From NCBI GenBank assembly GCA_016211945.1, contig JACRHV010000003.1, positions 5,631-69,630 of the forward strand: a DNA stretch of 64,000 nucleotides. Direction: 5' to 3'. The translations under genes were made by a program, and so were the position numbers. Shown here piece by piece: positions 1 to 9,621 of this stretch; the stretch's first letter is position 1; every line of letters starts with the position of its first letter. The notes below the pieces were generated by a model. The model was not told the DNA's origin and ran no database searches. It saw nothing but the letters and a program-made list of their open reading frames with translations. This stretch comes from Minisyncoccota bacterium. Lineage in GTDB: Bacteria; Patescibacteriota; Microgenomatia; UBA1400; UBA12028.

Positions 1-1722
1 ATTATTATCACCGAGCTTCCGTACCAAGTGAACAAAGCAAAACTCGTGGCGAAAATTGCACAACTTGTTCGGGATAAAAAGATTATTGGTATTAGTGATC
101 TCCGTGACGAGTCGGACCGCGAGGGACTTCGCGTTGTCGTTGATCTCAAGAAAGATGCCAAACCGAAGGCAGTCCTCAATAACCTCTACAAATACACTGA
201 ACTCCAAACAAGTTTCCCGATGAACATGGTTGCGCTTAACTCGGAAGGTACCCCACAACTCATGAATATCAAGACCATCTTGGTCGAGTATCTCAAACAT
301 CGTCAAGTTGTTGTTGTCCGCCGGTCCCAGTTCGAGTTGAAGGCCGCTCGCGATCGCGCGCACATTTTAGAAGGCCTTCTTATCGCACTCAACCACCTTG
401 ATGATGTGATCGAGACCATTCGCAAATCACCAGACAGCGACACCGCAAGAACTCGCTTAATGGAGAAGTTCAAACTTTCTGAAATTCAAGCAACCGCAAT
501 CTTGGATATGCAGCTTCGTCGCCTCGCCGCACTTGAACGACAAAAAATTGAGGACGAATACAAGGCCATCAAACAAACAATTAAAGATCTCTGCACACTT
601 CTCTCGCATCCCAATAAAGTGCTTGAGGTTATTGTAAAAGAGGGGAAAGAGGTGATGGCACAGTTTGGTGATGAGCGACGCACAAAACTGCACAAAGGAA
701 AGATCGGCGAGTTTAGCGAGGAAGACTTGATTGCAAATGAGCCGACCATCATTACCGTCACTGAAACTGGATATATTAAGCGGATGAATCCGTCTGTTTA
801 TCGAACCCAACACCGCGGTGGCGTTGGTGTTACCGGTATGACCACCAAAGAGGAGGATACCGTAAAACTCATGCTTACCGCAACAACACATGATGGCCTC
901 TTACTGTTCACTAATAAAGGGCGCGTCTTCAAGTTGAAGGCTCATGAGTTGCCGGAAAGCGGACGGCAAGCAAAGGGAACAAGCATAGTGAACTTGATCA
1001 ATTTGCAAGGTGACGAACGACTGCAAACACTCCTCGCAATGAACGACAAAGAGGTTGAAGGAAAATTCATTGCCTTGGCAACCAAAAATGGATTAGTGAA
1101 AAAGACAAAACTTTCTGATTATCAAAACATTCGCACCAACGGCATTATTGCAATTATCTTGAAAGATGCGGATGAGTTGGTCTGGGGTAAGATCACGTCT
1201 GGCAAAGATCACATGATGTTGATTACCTTTGAGGGAAAGTCCATTCGATTCCCAGAGGATGAAATCAAGGTAACCGCCCGGGACACTCAGGGGGTCCGCG
1301 CGATCATGCTTCGCGACGAGGATTATGTTGTGGGTGTTGAGGTTTTCCCAGAGAAATTTGATGATCCTGAGGATAAACGACGCAAACTCTTCCACCACCT
1401 CCTCCTCGTGACTGAGAAGGGGATGGGAAAACGGACAGAGTTGGACGAGTACCCACTGCAAAAACGCGCGGGGCAAGGCGTGAAAGTGGCCGAGCTCACT
1501 GATAAGACCGGGAATGTTGCCGGCGCCATGATGGTGGATACCACAATGGACGAGGTTGTCCTCACAACAAAATCTGCACAAGTGATCAAGCTCCCCATCA
1601 AGAATATTCCAGTTCTGAAACGACCAACGCAAGGCGTGATCTTGATGCGATTTAGCGAGAAAGATGACGCAGTCGTGGCAGTCACGACAACAAAGAAGAC
1701 TGGAGAGGAAACGGATGGGTGA
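1..1722 (+). CDS. gyrA: DNA gyrase subunit A, 5' end outside window
   Basis: Frame open from base 1 (IIITELPYQVNK); RDESDREG; GyrA-box variant QHRGGVG; C-terminal pinwheel repeats. Confidence 0.97.
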   Translation: MIITELPYQVNKAKLVAKIAQLVRDKKIIGISDLRDESDREGLRVVVDLKKDAKPKAVLNNLYKYTELQTSFPMNMVALNSEGTPQLMNIKTILVEYLKHRQVVVVRRSQFELKAARDRAHILEGLLIALNHLDDVIETIRKSPDSDTARTRLMEKFKLSEIQATAILDMQLRRLAALERQKIEDEYKAIKQTIKDLCTLLSHPNKVLEVIVKEGKEVMAQFGDERRTKLHKGKIGEFSEEDLIANEPTIITVTETGYIKRMNPSVYRTQHRGGVGVTGMTTKEEDTVKLMLTATTHDGLLLFTNKGRVFKLKAHELPESGRQAKGTSIVNLINLQGDERLQTLLAMNDKEVEGKFIALATKNGLVKKTKLSDYQNIRTNGIIAIILKDADELVWGKITSGKDHMMLITFEGKSIRFPEDEIKVTARDTQGVRAIMLRDEDYVVGVEVFPEKFDDPEDKRRKLFHHLLLVTEKGMGKRTELDEYPLQKRAGQGVKVAELTDKTGNVAGAMMVDTTMDEVVLTTKSAQVIKLPIKNIPVLKRPTQGVILMRFSEKDDAVVAVTTTKKTGEETDG

Positions 1723-1990
1723 GGTAACAAAGAAAAACGCTCCGGAACTTTTTCAAAAAAAGTTTGGCGTCCCCGAACTGAAAGGCATCATTCTCGATGT
1801 GGGAGATTATGAAAGAAAAATTGATCTTCAAAATCTTACGATGGAGCAATTAAGAGCATTGAATGAACTCGACCAAAATGACCACACACACGGAAGACCT
1901 TTTGATAATGAAGATGGATACCTCAGAATTAATGTGTTATACAATGAAACGTTTGGTTTCAACCAGGACGGTGAAGAAATAGGATATTAG
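1715..1990 (+). CDS. hypothetical protein
   Basis: ATG at 1715 overlapping gyrA end, preceded by GGAGAGG; no recognised motif. Confidence 0.55.
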   Translation: MGEVTKKNAPELFQKKFGVPELKGIILDVGDYERKIDLQNLTMEQLRALNELDQNDHTHGRPFDNEDGYLRINVLYNETFGFNQDGEEIGY

Positions 1991-2001
1991 GTGCAAAATC
2001 G

Positions 2002-2259
2002 ATGGCAAGTCTCTCTCGAACAGAATTAATCCGACTTATAGAAAACATTCACTTTGGAGGGAATAAAACTTTCGAGGATATTGTTGTTGCGGGTCAGTTG
2101 CATGAACTGGAAAAACTTTCCTTACAACATCTTGTTGCAATTAAGAGATTGCCAACATCTCGAGCTTATACTACAAATGGCGGAAAACTTATTATTGATA
2201 AAGAATTTTATCTCGATGTGTTGTTTACTGAAGCCGGTAATCGAATGGATGGAAAATGA
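2002..2259 (+). CDS. hypothetical protein
   Basis: 85 aa ORF filling the gap, AGGTG upstream. Confidence 0.5.
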   Translation: MASLSRTELIRLIENIHFGGNKTFEDIVVAGQLHELEKLSLQHLVAIKRLPTSRAYTTNGGKLIIDKEFYLDVLFTEAGNRMDGK

Positions 2260-2318
2260 TGGGTAACATAACAATCCATTTGGTATACTAAATCTGAGTC
2301 AATACTCAAGGAGGTCTC

Positions 2319-3089
2319 ATGCAACCAACACGTCCACTTCTTCTTTCAGTTCTAATGATTGCACTTGGTATTTCGCTTGGGGTTCTTGGCGTCACAGTCC
2401 TCAGTAAATACGTCGGTCCTCTTCCACTTTCCATTACACAAACCACCACACAAAAGCAGTCCACTTTTGACGTCACTGGCGAGAGTAAAGTAACAACAAT
2501 ACCAGACAAGGCCATGGTTAATCTCGGAATAACCATACAAGAGCAAACCGTAAAGCTCGCGCAAGACAAAGCAAACACTGTTATAAACAATATAAACGCC
2601 GAACTTGGAAAACTTGGTATACAAAAAAAGGATATCCGAACGGAAAATTACAGCCTTTATCCCACGTATGATTATCGCGAAGGCCAAAAAATTACCGGAT
2701 ATAACGTGAATGCGAGTATTAGCGTCAGTCTCACCGATTTTTCAATATTAAATCAAGCGATTGACGCCGCAACGAAAGTCGGTGCCAATCAGGTTGGGGG
2801 TATCTCGTTCACACTTTCCGATGAAAAGAAAAAGGAAGTAGAGAATGATGCACGGAAACAAGCCATCGATGACGCAAAGACAAAAGCACAGACTTTATCG
2901 CAACTCGCTGGAATGCGCTTAGGAAAAATAGTCAATGTTTCAGAGCAGCCAAACTACAATGGTGGTCCGTATCCTGTGGCCATGATGGAAAAAGCAGGCG
3001 GGGGAATGGGCGGTGGTGCTCCAACTACCGTTGAACCCGGATCAACAACCTTTAATTATTCCGTCACAATTAGTTACGAAACGTTCTAG
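2319..3089 (+). CDS. SIMPL/DUF541 family exported protein
   Basis: N-terminal TM; VTGESKVTTIPDKA, AIDDAKTKAQTL, LGKIVNVSE; AGGAGG RBS. Confidence 0.9.
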   Translation: MQPTRPLLLSVLMIALGISLGVLGVTVLSKYVGPLPLSITQTTTQKQSTFDVTGESKVTTIPDKAMVNLGITIQEQTVKLAQDKANTVINNINAELGKLGIQKKDIRTENYSLYPTYDYREGQKITGYNVNASISVSLTDFSILNQAIDAATKVGANQVGGISFTLSDEKKKEVENDARKQAIDDAKTKAQTLSQLAGMRLGKIVNVSEQPNYNGGPYPVAMMEKAGGGMGGGAPTTVEPGSTTFNYSVTISYETF

Positions 3090-3143
3090 TGATCTCGTTT
3101 GATTCTTTTTGTCATCTTGCACGATTATTTGTTCTATGGTTAG

Positions 3144-3584
3144 ATGACGATCCTCATGTACGCAGTAACGCATTTAAATACTCCACTTACAGAGGAACGA
3201 TTTATTGTTCTTCTCAACATCATCATCGACAAAAAATTCGATGAGCAATTAAATGTGCTTGAAAAACGATTGGATACTGTTGAAAAGCGACTCGATACTA
3301 TTGAAAAGCGGCTAGATACTATTGAAAAACACACAGGAATTCTTGAGGAAAAAATAGGTATTCTTGAAAAACAATCCCTCGAACACTCCAACGTATTTAC
3401 TTCTGTGTATGAAGCGCTTCACACACTTACAACGCTTATCGACAATCATCACCAAATACATAAAACACAGATACAAAAACTCGATAAGAAATTGAGTCAG
3501 TTTATACAAACATCTCCATCAAGAAAAGAATATGATTCACTCACGTTTCGCGTTGATTATCTCGAGGAACGCGTCCTAAACTGA
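3144..3584 (+). CDS. coiled-coil hypothetical protein with heptad repeats
   Basis: LEKRLDT-VEKRLDT-IEKRLDT repeats. Confidence 0.7.
   Translation: MTILMYAVTHLNTPLTEERFIVLLNIIIDKKFDEQLNVLEKRLDTVEKRLDTIEKRLDTIEKHTGILEEKIGILEKQSLEHSNVFTSVYEALHTLTTLIDNHHQIHKTQIQKLDKKLSQFIQTSPSRKEYDSLTFRVDYLEERVLN
3259..3330 (+). repeat. in-frame 21-bp tandem repeat, about 3.4 copies
   Basis: TTGAAAARCGNYTNGATACTR units at 3259, 3280, 3301 and a partial unit at 3322. Confidence 0.9.
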
Positions 3585-3596
3585 TATACTTATGCA

Positions 3597-5282
3597 ATGC
3601 GTTACTTCGTTTGCGTTGTATTTTTTTTCATCTTCTTTTATGCATCATCTCGTCTCCTTGCATTCACCATCGCCTCAGATCCACAGTATCTCGTCATGAA
3701 TTTTTCCGAGATCAATGAACTCAACTGGGCAGCTCCGGAACCACAATGGCAAACAGAAATTAAACCAAAAATACTCGACCAGCTTCACCAACTCCAACGT
3801 ACACTTCCACCCGGAACTTCACAAAGAAAATTGGCGTGGAGTACGCTCCAAGAATATATGAATGTTCCGCTTGACATCCCAAGTGAAACATCGTCGTATG
3901 TCATAAAAATGCGACGTATCCTGGAAATTGCAGAACAAGAAAACCTTCCAGTCTTCCTTCCACTCAACGGTTTTCAATGGTGGGACGAGTTGCCGGAGTT
4001 GTACAACTGGTGGGACCCCGACGGCACTCATACCCCCATAGTTTTCTTTACACGCCAACGTACACCAGACTTTAAAGACCGATTTATCCGCGGCTACAAT
4101 CCGGAAAACAAATGGAATGTTGAGTGGCAGTCACCAACACAACCCATGACGCTTAACTGGCGGAATTGGGGTGGGGGAGGGTTTCGACTTGCACCACCCC
4201 CCAACCTCTTCCCACATTCCCGCACAGCTCTCACCTATAGAAAAGTCCAAAAAGAGCGTTTTATCGCACTTATTACCGAACTTTCAAGCATTATAAACAG
4301 ATGGGAAAAAGAAGGAAGGGGTGATCTTTTTGCAGGTATAACCATTGGCACAGAAGTCTCATTGAACGCCTCCGTCACACCAAAAGACGAGTTTGAGCCG
4401 TACGGATTCCGATCCACACAAGATCTTCTTTGTTCCAAAGACAAACCAACATGCGCCATACCACCGGCACAACTCAGCCAGGCACGACAAAAAATAGTGT
4501 ACCGATATCTTCAAGATCTCGCACGAACCGCCACCCTTCTTGGCATTCCAAAACAGCGCATTTATACACACGTGTGGGGTGAAGTAAAACAGGGCGAGCC
4601 TAAATTTGAGAACTACGCACAGTCCGCATTCAATCCATATGCTCGACCAGGTATGAGTTTTTACGGATATGCAGAAGACCCATTTTCACTTCCCGTATGG
4701 AAAAACGAGATGGAACAACACGGCAATCCATCTTGGGGAGCAGTCGAATACTCCGCAGAAAAAACAGAACGTGTGTGGCAAAAAGGACTCACAAATATCT
4801 TTAACCCACCATCAACACCACCAGCAAAAATCGTCACCATCTATAACTGGACAGAGCACAAAGATACACCCGCGATAAAAGCAATCGCCACCATACTTCA
4901 AGACTATACTCCTCCCACGCAATGTTCTATTCCAGAAATTCTTCCCGAAACACAAAATTATTCCATCACTCAAACATTTTCATGGAATTACTTTCCAACA
5001 GAATCACTCGTACGTTTTTCGCCAACATTAGAATTCATCACAAGTCCCGGTCTTTTCCCAATTCCTCAAGAAAGCAATGTAAAAGAACTCGATGTGTTGA
5101 GCAAAAATACCACGATGTTTGATATAAAACCCGGCGTATATACCATCTCACTCAAGCTCACTGGCTGTGGTGGAAAACGTGTCAGCATATCAGAACCAAG
5201 AACGATCGTGATCCCTGTCCAACTCCCGCAAAATGATACGCCAGCGTGGGTACGATTCATCCTAGAACACAATGCTACGTAG
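3597..5282 (+). CDS. exported protein, possible glycoside hydrolase-like TIM barrel
   Basis: Signal/TM N-terminus; Trp-rich; WRNWG, GITIGTEVS, WGAVEY, IYNW resemble clan GH-A elements (inference). Confidence 0.6.
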   Translation: MRYFVCVVFFFIFFYASSRLLAFTIASDPQYLVMNFSEINELNWAAPEPQWQTEIKPKILDQLHQLQRTLPPGTSQRKLAWSTLQEYMNVPLDIPSETSSYVIKMRRILEIAEQENLPVFLPLNGFQWWDELPELYNWWDPDGTHTPIVFFTRQRTPDFKDRFIRGYNPENKWNVEWQSPTQPMTLNWRNWGGGGFRLAPPPNLFPHSRTALTYRKVQKERFIALITELSSIINRWEKEGRGDLFAGITIGTEVSLNASVTPKDEFEPYGFRSTQDLLCSKDKPTCAIPPAQLSQARQKIVYRYLQDLARTATLLGIPKQRIYTHVWGEVKQGEPKFENYAQSAFNPYARPGMSFYGYAEDPFSLPVWKNEMEQHGNPSWGAVEYSAEKTERVWQKGLTNIFNPPSTPPAKIVTIYNWTEHKDTPAIKAIATILQDYTPPTQCSIPEILPETQNYSITQTFSWNYFPTESLVRFSPTLEFITSPGLFPIPQESNVKELDVLSKNTTMFDIKPGVYTISLKLTGCGGKRVSISEPRTIVIPVQLPQNDTPAWVRFILEHNAT

Positions 5283-5856
5283 CGTGATGTATAGCGCGCC
5301 ATTCCTCTTCAACATCTTGCCAAGGAAAAACAATACAGTCGTTCGTTATTCCCTTTTTTTCTGCTTCAGATCGGGATATCATTCGCCGTTCATTTCCTAA
5401 AACCCCATAAAAAGTTTGATCGGCATTGGGTAGTGGGAAAAGGGATTGATCGAGGTACGCCGTGGCAAAAGAAATTAAAGCCAGTGGAAATAATCGTCGT
5501 ACATCAGATATGACTTGGTTTGCCGTTGTTCCGGTAACGGTGTTTGTATCAACAACGAGAATATGACTTTTTTCTGGGAGTTCTATTTTGAGTGTTGGTG
5601 GTTCACAAATCTTCTTCAGGCCACGTTCTTCCTCATACTTGTATTGAAAAGGAAGCATTACGACGACATGCAGTTTTGATGCAAGATGCATGCCTGTTAT
5701 CGCGCCGCTTCTCAGTATTGGAACAACGAGATCAAATGATACTTCATGCTCGAGACAGTATGTTGATACGTTATCCGTTAGTACACGCAACACCTCGCCG
5801 AACTCGTCATACGTGATCTGGCGCAACTCATTTTTTTGTATCGTCTTTCCCATCAC
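5275..5856 (-). CDS. type I phosphoribosyltransferase family protein
   Basis: VPILRSG, degenerate PRPP loop ILVVDTNTVTGTT, C-terminal IVFPW. Confidence 0.8.
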   Translation of the reverse strand: MMGKTIQKNELRQITYDEFGEVLRVLTDNVSTYCLEHEVSFDLVVPILRSGAITGMHLASKLHVVVMLPFQYKYEEERGLKKICEPPTLKIELPEKSHILVVDTNTVTGTTANQVISDVRRLFPLALISFATAYLDQSLFPLPNADQTFYGVLGNERRMISRSEAEKKGITNDCIVFPWQDVEEEWRAIHHAT

Positions 5857-6794
5857 TCCTCCTTCTTCCCACCATGGAACTTCTCATGCACCTTTCGCAG
5901 TTCTGGCCGTGTAATATGTGTATAAATCTGTGTCGTTGAAATATTTTTATGCCCCAGCATTTCTTGAACATCGCGCAGTCCCGCGCCGTTGATTAATAAA
6001 TCCGTTGCAAATGAGTGTCGTATCCCATGTGGTGAAATTTTAATCGGAAGATGCGCCTTGCGGCAGTACTTATCCACAATCCGCTGGACCGATCTCGTCG
6101 TTAGCCGCATCTCCTCGCCATCACTCGTCGCATCAGCCTTATTGCGACTGTATCGAATAAATACTGGCCGCCAAAAATCGTCGCGGCCATTCAGATATTT
6201 ATCGAGCCACTCCGCAGATTTTTCACTCAAAAACACCACGCGATGCTTCCGACCTTTTCCGATCACCCCAAACTCCCGCCGCTGTGTGTCCACCTGCTCA
6301 CGGTTCAAAGACACCACCTCACTCACACGAAGACCGGTGCTAAACATCAATTCCAGCATCGCCTTGTCCCGTAGGCCTGTTTTCGAGCTTAAGGCCGGTT
6401 GGCCGAGTAAACGCTCGATCTGCTCAAAGTTCAGAAATTTCATAGATCTGGACTCGCCCTTAGGAAGGTCGATTTTCTCCGGAGTGAGCACGGCAACGTC
6501 GTTCTTTATGAGCCATTTGAAGAGTGATCGGAGCGCGATGATGTGATATGCCTGTGTGGTTCTTGATAGGGTACGCTCATCCACACCCATATACTGTGAG
6601 AGATGTACACGATATTTTTTCAGCATCTGCAGATCAAAAAGCGTCATATCCTCGAGTTTTTGAAGATCCAACCACTCGCAAAATCGGTTGAGATAGTGTG
6701 TATAATCACGGATAGTGAGTTTGCTAAGGTTGCGCTCAACGTCGCAATGCTCGAGGAAATCCCTACAAAGTTCACGGGGATGTGTGCTTTTCAT
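5853..6794 (-). CDS. XerC/XerD-family tyrosine recombinase
   Basis: GLRVSE, GKG, HGIRHSFATDLL, LGH, TTQIYTH: complete catalytic set. Confidence 0.95.
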   Translation of the reverse strand: MKSTHPRELCRDFLEHCDVERNLSKLTIRDYTHYLNRFCEWLDLQKLEDMTLFDLQMLKKYRVHLSQYMGVDERTLSRTTQAYHIIALRSLFKWLIKNDVAVLTPEKIDLPKGESRSMKFLNFEQIERLLGQPALSSKTGLRDKAMLELMFSTGLRVSEVVSLNREQVDTQRREFGVIGKGRKHRVVFLSEKSAEWLDKYLNGRDDFWRPVFIRYSRNKADATSDGEEMRLTTRSVQRIVDKYCRKAHLPIKISPHGIRHSFATDLLINGAGLRDVQEMLGHKNISTTQIYTHITRPELRKVHEKFHGGKKEE

Positions 6795-6844
6795 CTCAAA
6801 CTTTCCTCCCTCGAGTTATATCCTATAGTTTTTATTCTGCGGAG

Positions 6845-6871
6845 TTAGCAGTCTCATTATCTGAGTGCTAA
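6845..6871. promoter_or_regulatory. CIRCE (HrcA operator) upstream of xer
   Basis: TTAGCAGTC-N9-GAGTGCTAA, one mismatch to TTAGCACTC-N9-GAGTGCTAA. Confidence 0.85.
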
Positions 6872-6887
6872 TACCCGAATATTTAGC

Positions 6888-6913
6888 AAAGGGTTGATTT
6901 ATCAATCCTTTTT
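6888..6913. terminator. inverted repeat followed by T-run
   Basis: AAAGGGTTGAT-TT-ATCAATCCTTT-TT. Confidence 0.4.
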
Positions 6914-7075
6914 ACAGTAGCCCGAATGAAAGAACCATAATCATTTCCAGATGTAGGTGTGTGTATTACATATGCAAGTACATGTTTTATTCCATGCAAC
7001 ACCGTAATCATCCATTTCTATGCATTCTATCTTTCTGCGCTTCAAACAGTGTGACAGAGAATGGGGGATGTGTCA

Positions 7076-7123
7076 ACATTATGCGACATAGTGGTGCGCT
7101 GACAATTACATTATGCGACATAG
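7076..7123. repeat. 16-bp direct repeat ACATTATGCGACATAG, two copies; dif half-site-like
   Basis: Copies at 7076-7091 and 7108-7123; reverse complement contains ATGTCGCATAATGT. Confidence 0.8.
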
Positions 7124-7778
7124 CGTGAAAAGCAATGAAACAGTAACACACGTCAGCAATGCAACAGCATATGCCACACATACAATTTGTGTTCAATATC
7201 TCTCCCAACTAGTTCGTCCTTCCTTCGTATTATTGCACAGCGTACTGGAATAAATGGGCGATGATGTATGCGGGTATACTTCGGTATTTCTGCAGGATAT
7301 GCGTGAACACCTGAGGTTGACTCGAGTAAGTTATTTCCGCATTCAGCAGTTCTAAAGCATCGTAATTGCGTTAATACTTTTCAAGCACTACGGCTTATGC
7401 TGTGCTGTCATCACGCCATAATGGTCTGTTTTTGGTCATCACAAATCTCGCGTGGAAAAAGAGCATACTCCTGCCCAACATACCTTCATTCCCAGGCTAA
7501 ATACCAGATGTGAAGGCCCTAGAATGCCCGATTTTCGGCAAGAAGGTGAGTCTGCTATACAATGTATCGTCATTTCCAGAGGTACATCCATCATTTTTAA
7601 AAAAAATGCACACAAAGTTTCGGGTTTCTATACAAACGCAAAAACAATGCATCAAAGAAAAAACAGGGAAGTGACAAAATAGGGTAATTGGCCGTAATTC
7701 ACCAAAGAAACAGAATGACAAACAATGCAAGAACGCGCATATGTACAAAAGACGCACTTCTCCGTTGTTCCTTTCATT

Positions 7779-7806
7779 ACGTCGCAAAAGTATTATTGTG
7801 CGACAC
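7779..7806. other. candidate dif-like Xer site (11-6-11)
   Basis: ACGTCGCAAAA-GTATTA-TTGTGCGACAC, arms match as inverted repeats at 8 of 11 positions. Confidence 0.45.
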
Positions 7807-8002
7807 TATTGAAACAGCTCCACCACCATGAAGAAGAGTGGACCATTCCCATTGAGACCACCCAACTATCAAAACAACATGTATGCTGCTAAATGCCGAT
7901 TCCATCACCCGCTTTTGTGTTCTACGGCTCTTTTCTCTCCTCCTTCAACTTCGCGCCCCCAGAGTGACATTCGGGTTTTTTCCGCACCACACCTTTTATG
8001 AG

Positions 8003-8011
8003 TTATCCACA
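8003..8011 (+). promoter_or_regulatory. perfect DnaA box
   Basis: TTATCCACA in a long non-coding region. Confidence 0.5.
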
Positions 8012-8200
8012 ATTGCTCATAGATCAATCTTTTTTCTTGTTTCTTATCTTAAGCGGTCTTCCCAACTTTGTGCTACCATTCTTGTGAAAAGTATCCTATA
8101 ATTATGTGAAAAGTGATGATATCAAACTATATCATCCTCTCTAGTACGCAGAGGAAACTCCCCTCCTTCCCCCACTACCCCACACGCATACAAAACGTCA

Positions 8201-8968
8201 TTACTTCCACTGGACTGTGAAGAAAAATGCGGCAAGAATAACAATCCAAACACTTGCATATTCCCAGGCGGTATTTCGGAACAATTTTCCGTGAAGCTGG
8301 CTCACCAGAATACCCAAGGCTGTGTACAACCCCCCCACGATAGAAAGTGAGGCGATCCAGAGTGAGATCGGAAGAAATGAGATAACTATTGCAAGCTCAC
8401 CCGCCAAAACTGCTACTGCGATAGCTTGGTAAAAGATCGATTTATCGATATGATTCTTTAACTCAACAGACCACAATGAGAGCAATGCTTGTGGAAATGT
8501 CGTACAGGCAATCGCAATGCCGTTCGCCCAAAATGGCCAATGAAATGAAAAAACGGTGTTTGAGAAGAAAAATGTGATCAACAGGGTTATCAGAAACCCA
8601 ACTGTGTGTGCAGCTCGAAGTAATTGGATCGTACGAAACTTTGCAACCGCGTAGATATTTGAAGTCAAATAAATCGCGTACATGCCTATACCAAACAGAA
8701 CTAAAACTATAATTTTACTCAAGAGATTTTCTGGAAGAAGAAAATAAAACACAGAAACCGCGGAGGCATACAATGCGGAAAATGGCACGACAGTAATCCA
8801 TTCAATGCCGTTTAATTCCTCAAATAAAGCCCATGCAGAAACAGCGTATGTAACAAAAAACAACAATGCTGTTCCAAGTAATCGATAATCAAGTGGGACG
8901 TACTGTGTGCCCAACAGAGCAAAAGACAACACGAGAGAACTCATAAGAAATTTTTCTCGTTTTCTCAT
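8201..8968 (-). CDS. multi-pass membrane protein
   Basis: Many hydrophobic segments; start overlaps yebC stop. Confidence 0.85.
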   Translation of the reverse strand: MRKREKFLMSSLVLSFALLGTQYVPLDYRLLGTALLFFVTYAVSAWALFEELNGIEWITVVPFSALYASAVSVFYFLLPENLLSKIIVLVLFGIGMYAIYLTSNIYAVAKFRTIQLLRAAHTVGFLITLLITFFFSNTVFSFHWPFWANGIAIACTTFPQALLSLWSVELKNHIDKSIFYQAIAVAVLAGELAIVISFLPISLWIASLSIVGGLYTALGILVSQLHGKLFRNTAWEYASVWIVILAAFFFTVQWK

Positions 8969-9516
8969 ACCAACATTACGGCATTCATGTATACCGCCTC
9001 CACATCCTCATGTTCTTCAAGGAGATCAAAAAGATCTTGTACTGCTTCTGCGTGTTCGGGATTGGTGATCTCAAGTGGAATCGCAACAGCATACTCATTT
9101 CCTTCTCGAGTAAAAAGATACATGACCGACCCTGGTCCCCCCAATGATCCCCCGTTTTTTTCTATGATATTCCGAATCTCCGCGCCCGTCCGTTGTCTGT
9201 TGTCGGTGTGCACGACGATGAGAAAACCAACGCCACTGTGAGCGTACGCCTCGTACACCACCTCCTCAAACTTACCAGATCCCCCTTTACCCAATCCCCT
9301 CTCTATAGCACGCTGGATATGGTCATTCGACATGTTTGCCTCACGCGCTTTCTCGATAGCAAGACGCAATGTTGGGTTGGAGGAAGGATCGCCACTACCA
9401 TATTCTCTCACAGCAGTCCGAATATTTTTCGATATTTGAGTAAATACTTTACTCCGCTTAGCATCAGCGGAGGCTTTCTTGTTTTTGATGTTGTTCCACT
9501 TTGAATGACCGGACAC
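8965..9516 (-). CDS. yebC: YebC/PmpR family protein, short form
   Basis: MSGHSKWNNIK, NPTLR, YEAY, TDNRQRT, EDVEAVY. Confidence 0.95.
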   Translation of the reverse strand: MSGHSKWNNIKNKKASADAKRSKVFTQISKNIRTAVREYGSGDPSSNPTLRLAIEKAREANMSNDHIQRAIERGLGKGGSGKFEEVVYEAYAHSGVGFLIVVHTDNRQRTGAEIRNIIEKNGGSLGGPGSVMYLFTREGNEYAVAIPLEITNPEHAEAVQDLFDLLEEHEDVEAVYMNAVMLV

Positions 9517-9621
9517 ATGCCTCCTTTTTGATGTCGCAAAAAACTCGAGACAATCCTATTGTACCACTGTCAGCTTGGTCTCTTGATGTTTCGTTGAAGT
9601 TCTGTTACTCTTTGTGGAATC

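Noticed and set aside
7076-7123. CRISPR array
   Set aside because: Only two 16-bp copies with a 16-bp spacer, and no cas genes in the window.
7008-8101. Four short ORFs in the gap beside xer
   Set aside because: No RBS or motifs, unusual composition, mutually overlapping; probably spurious.
5853-8200. Integron or prophage integrase interpretation of xer
   Set aside because: No IntI-specific insertion evident, no attC-like cassette array or phage genes; the sequence fits a chromosomal Xer.
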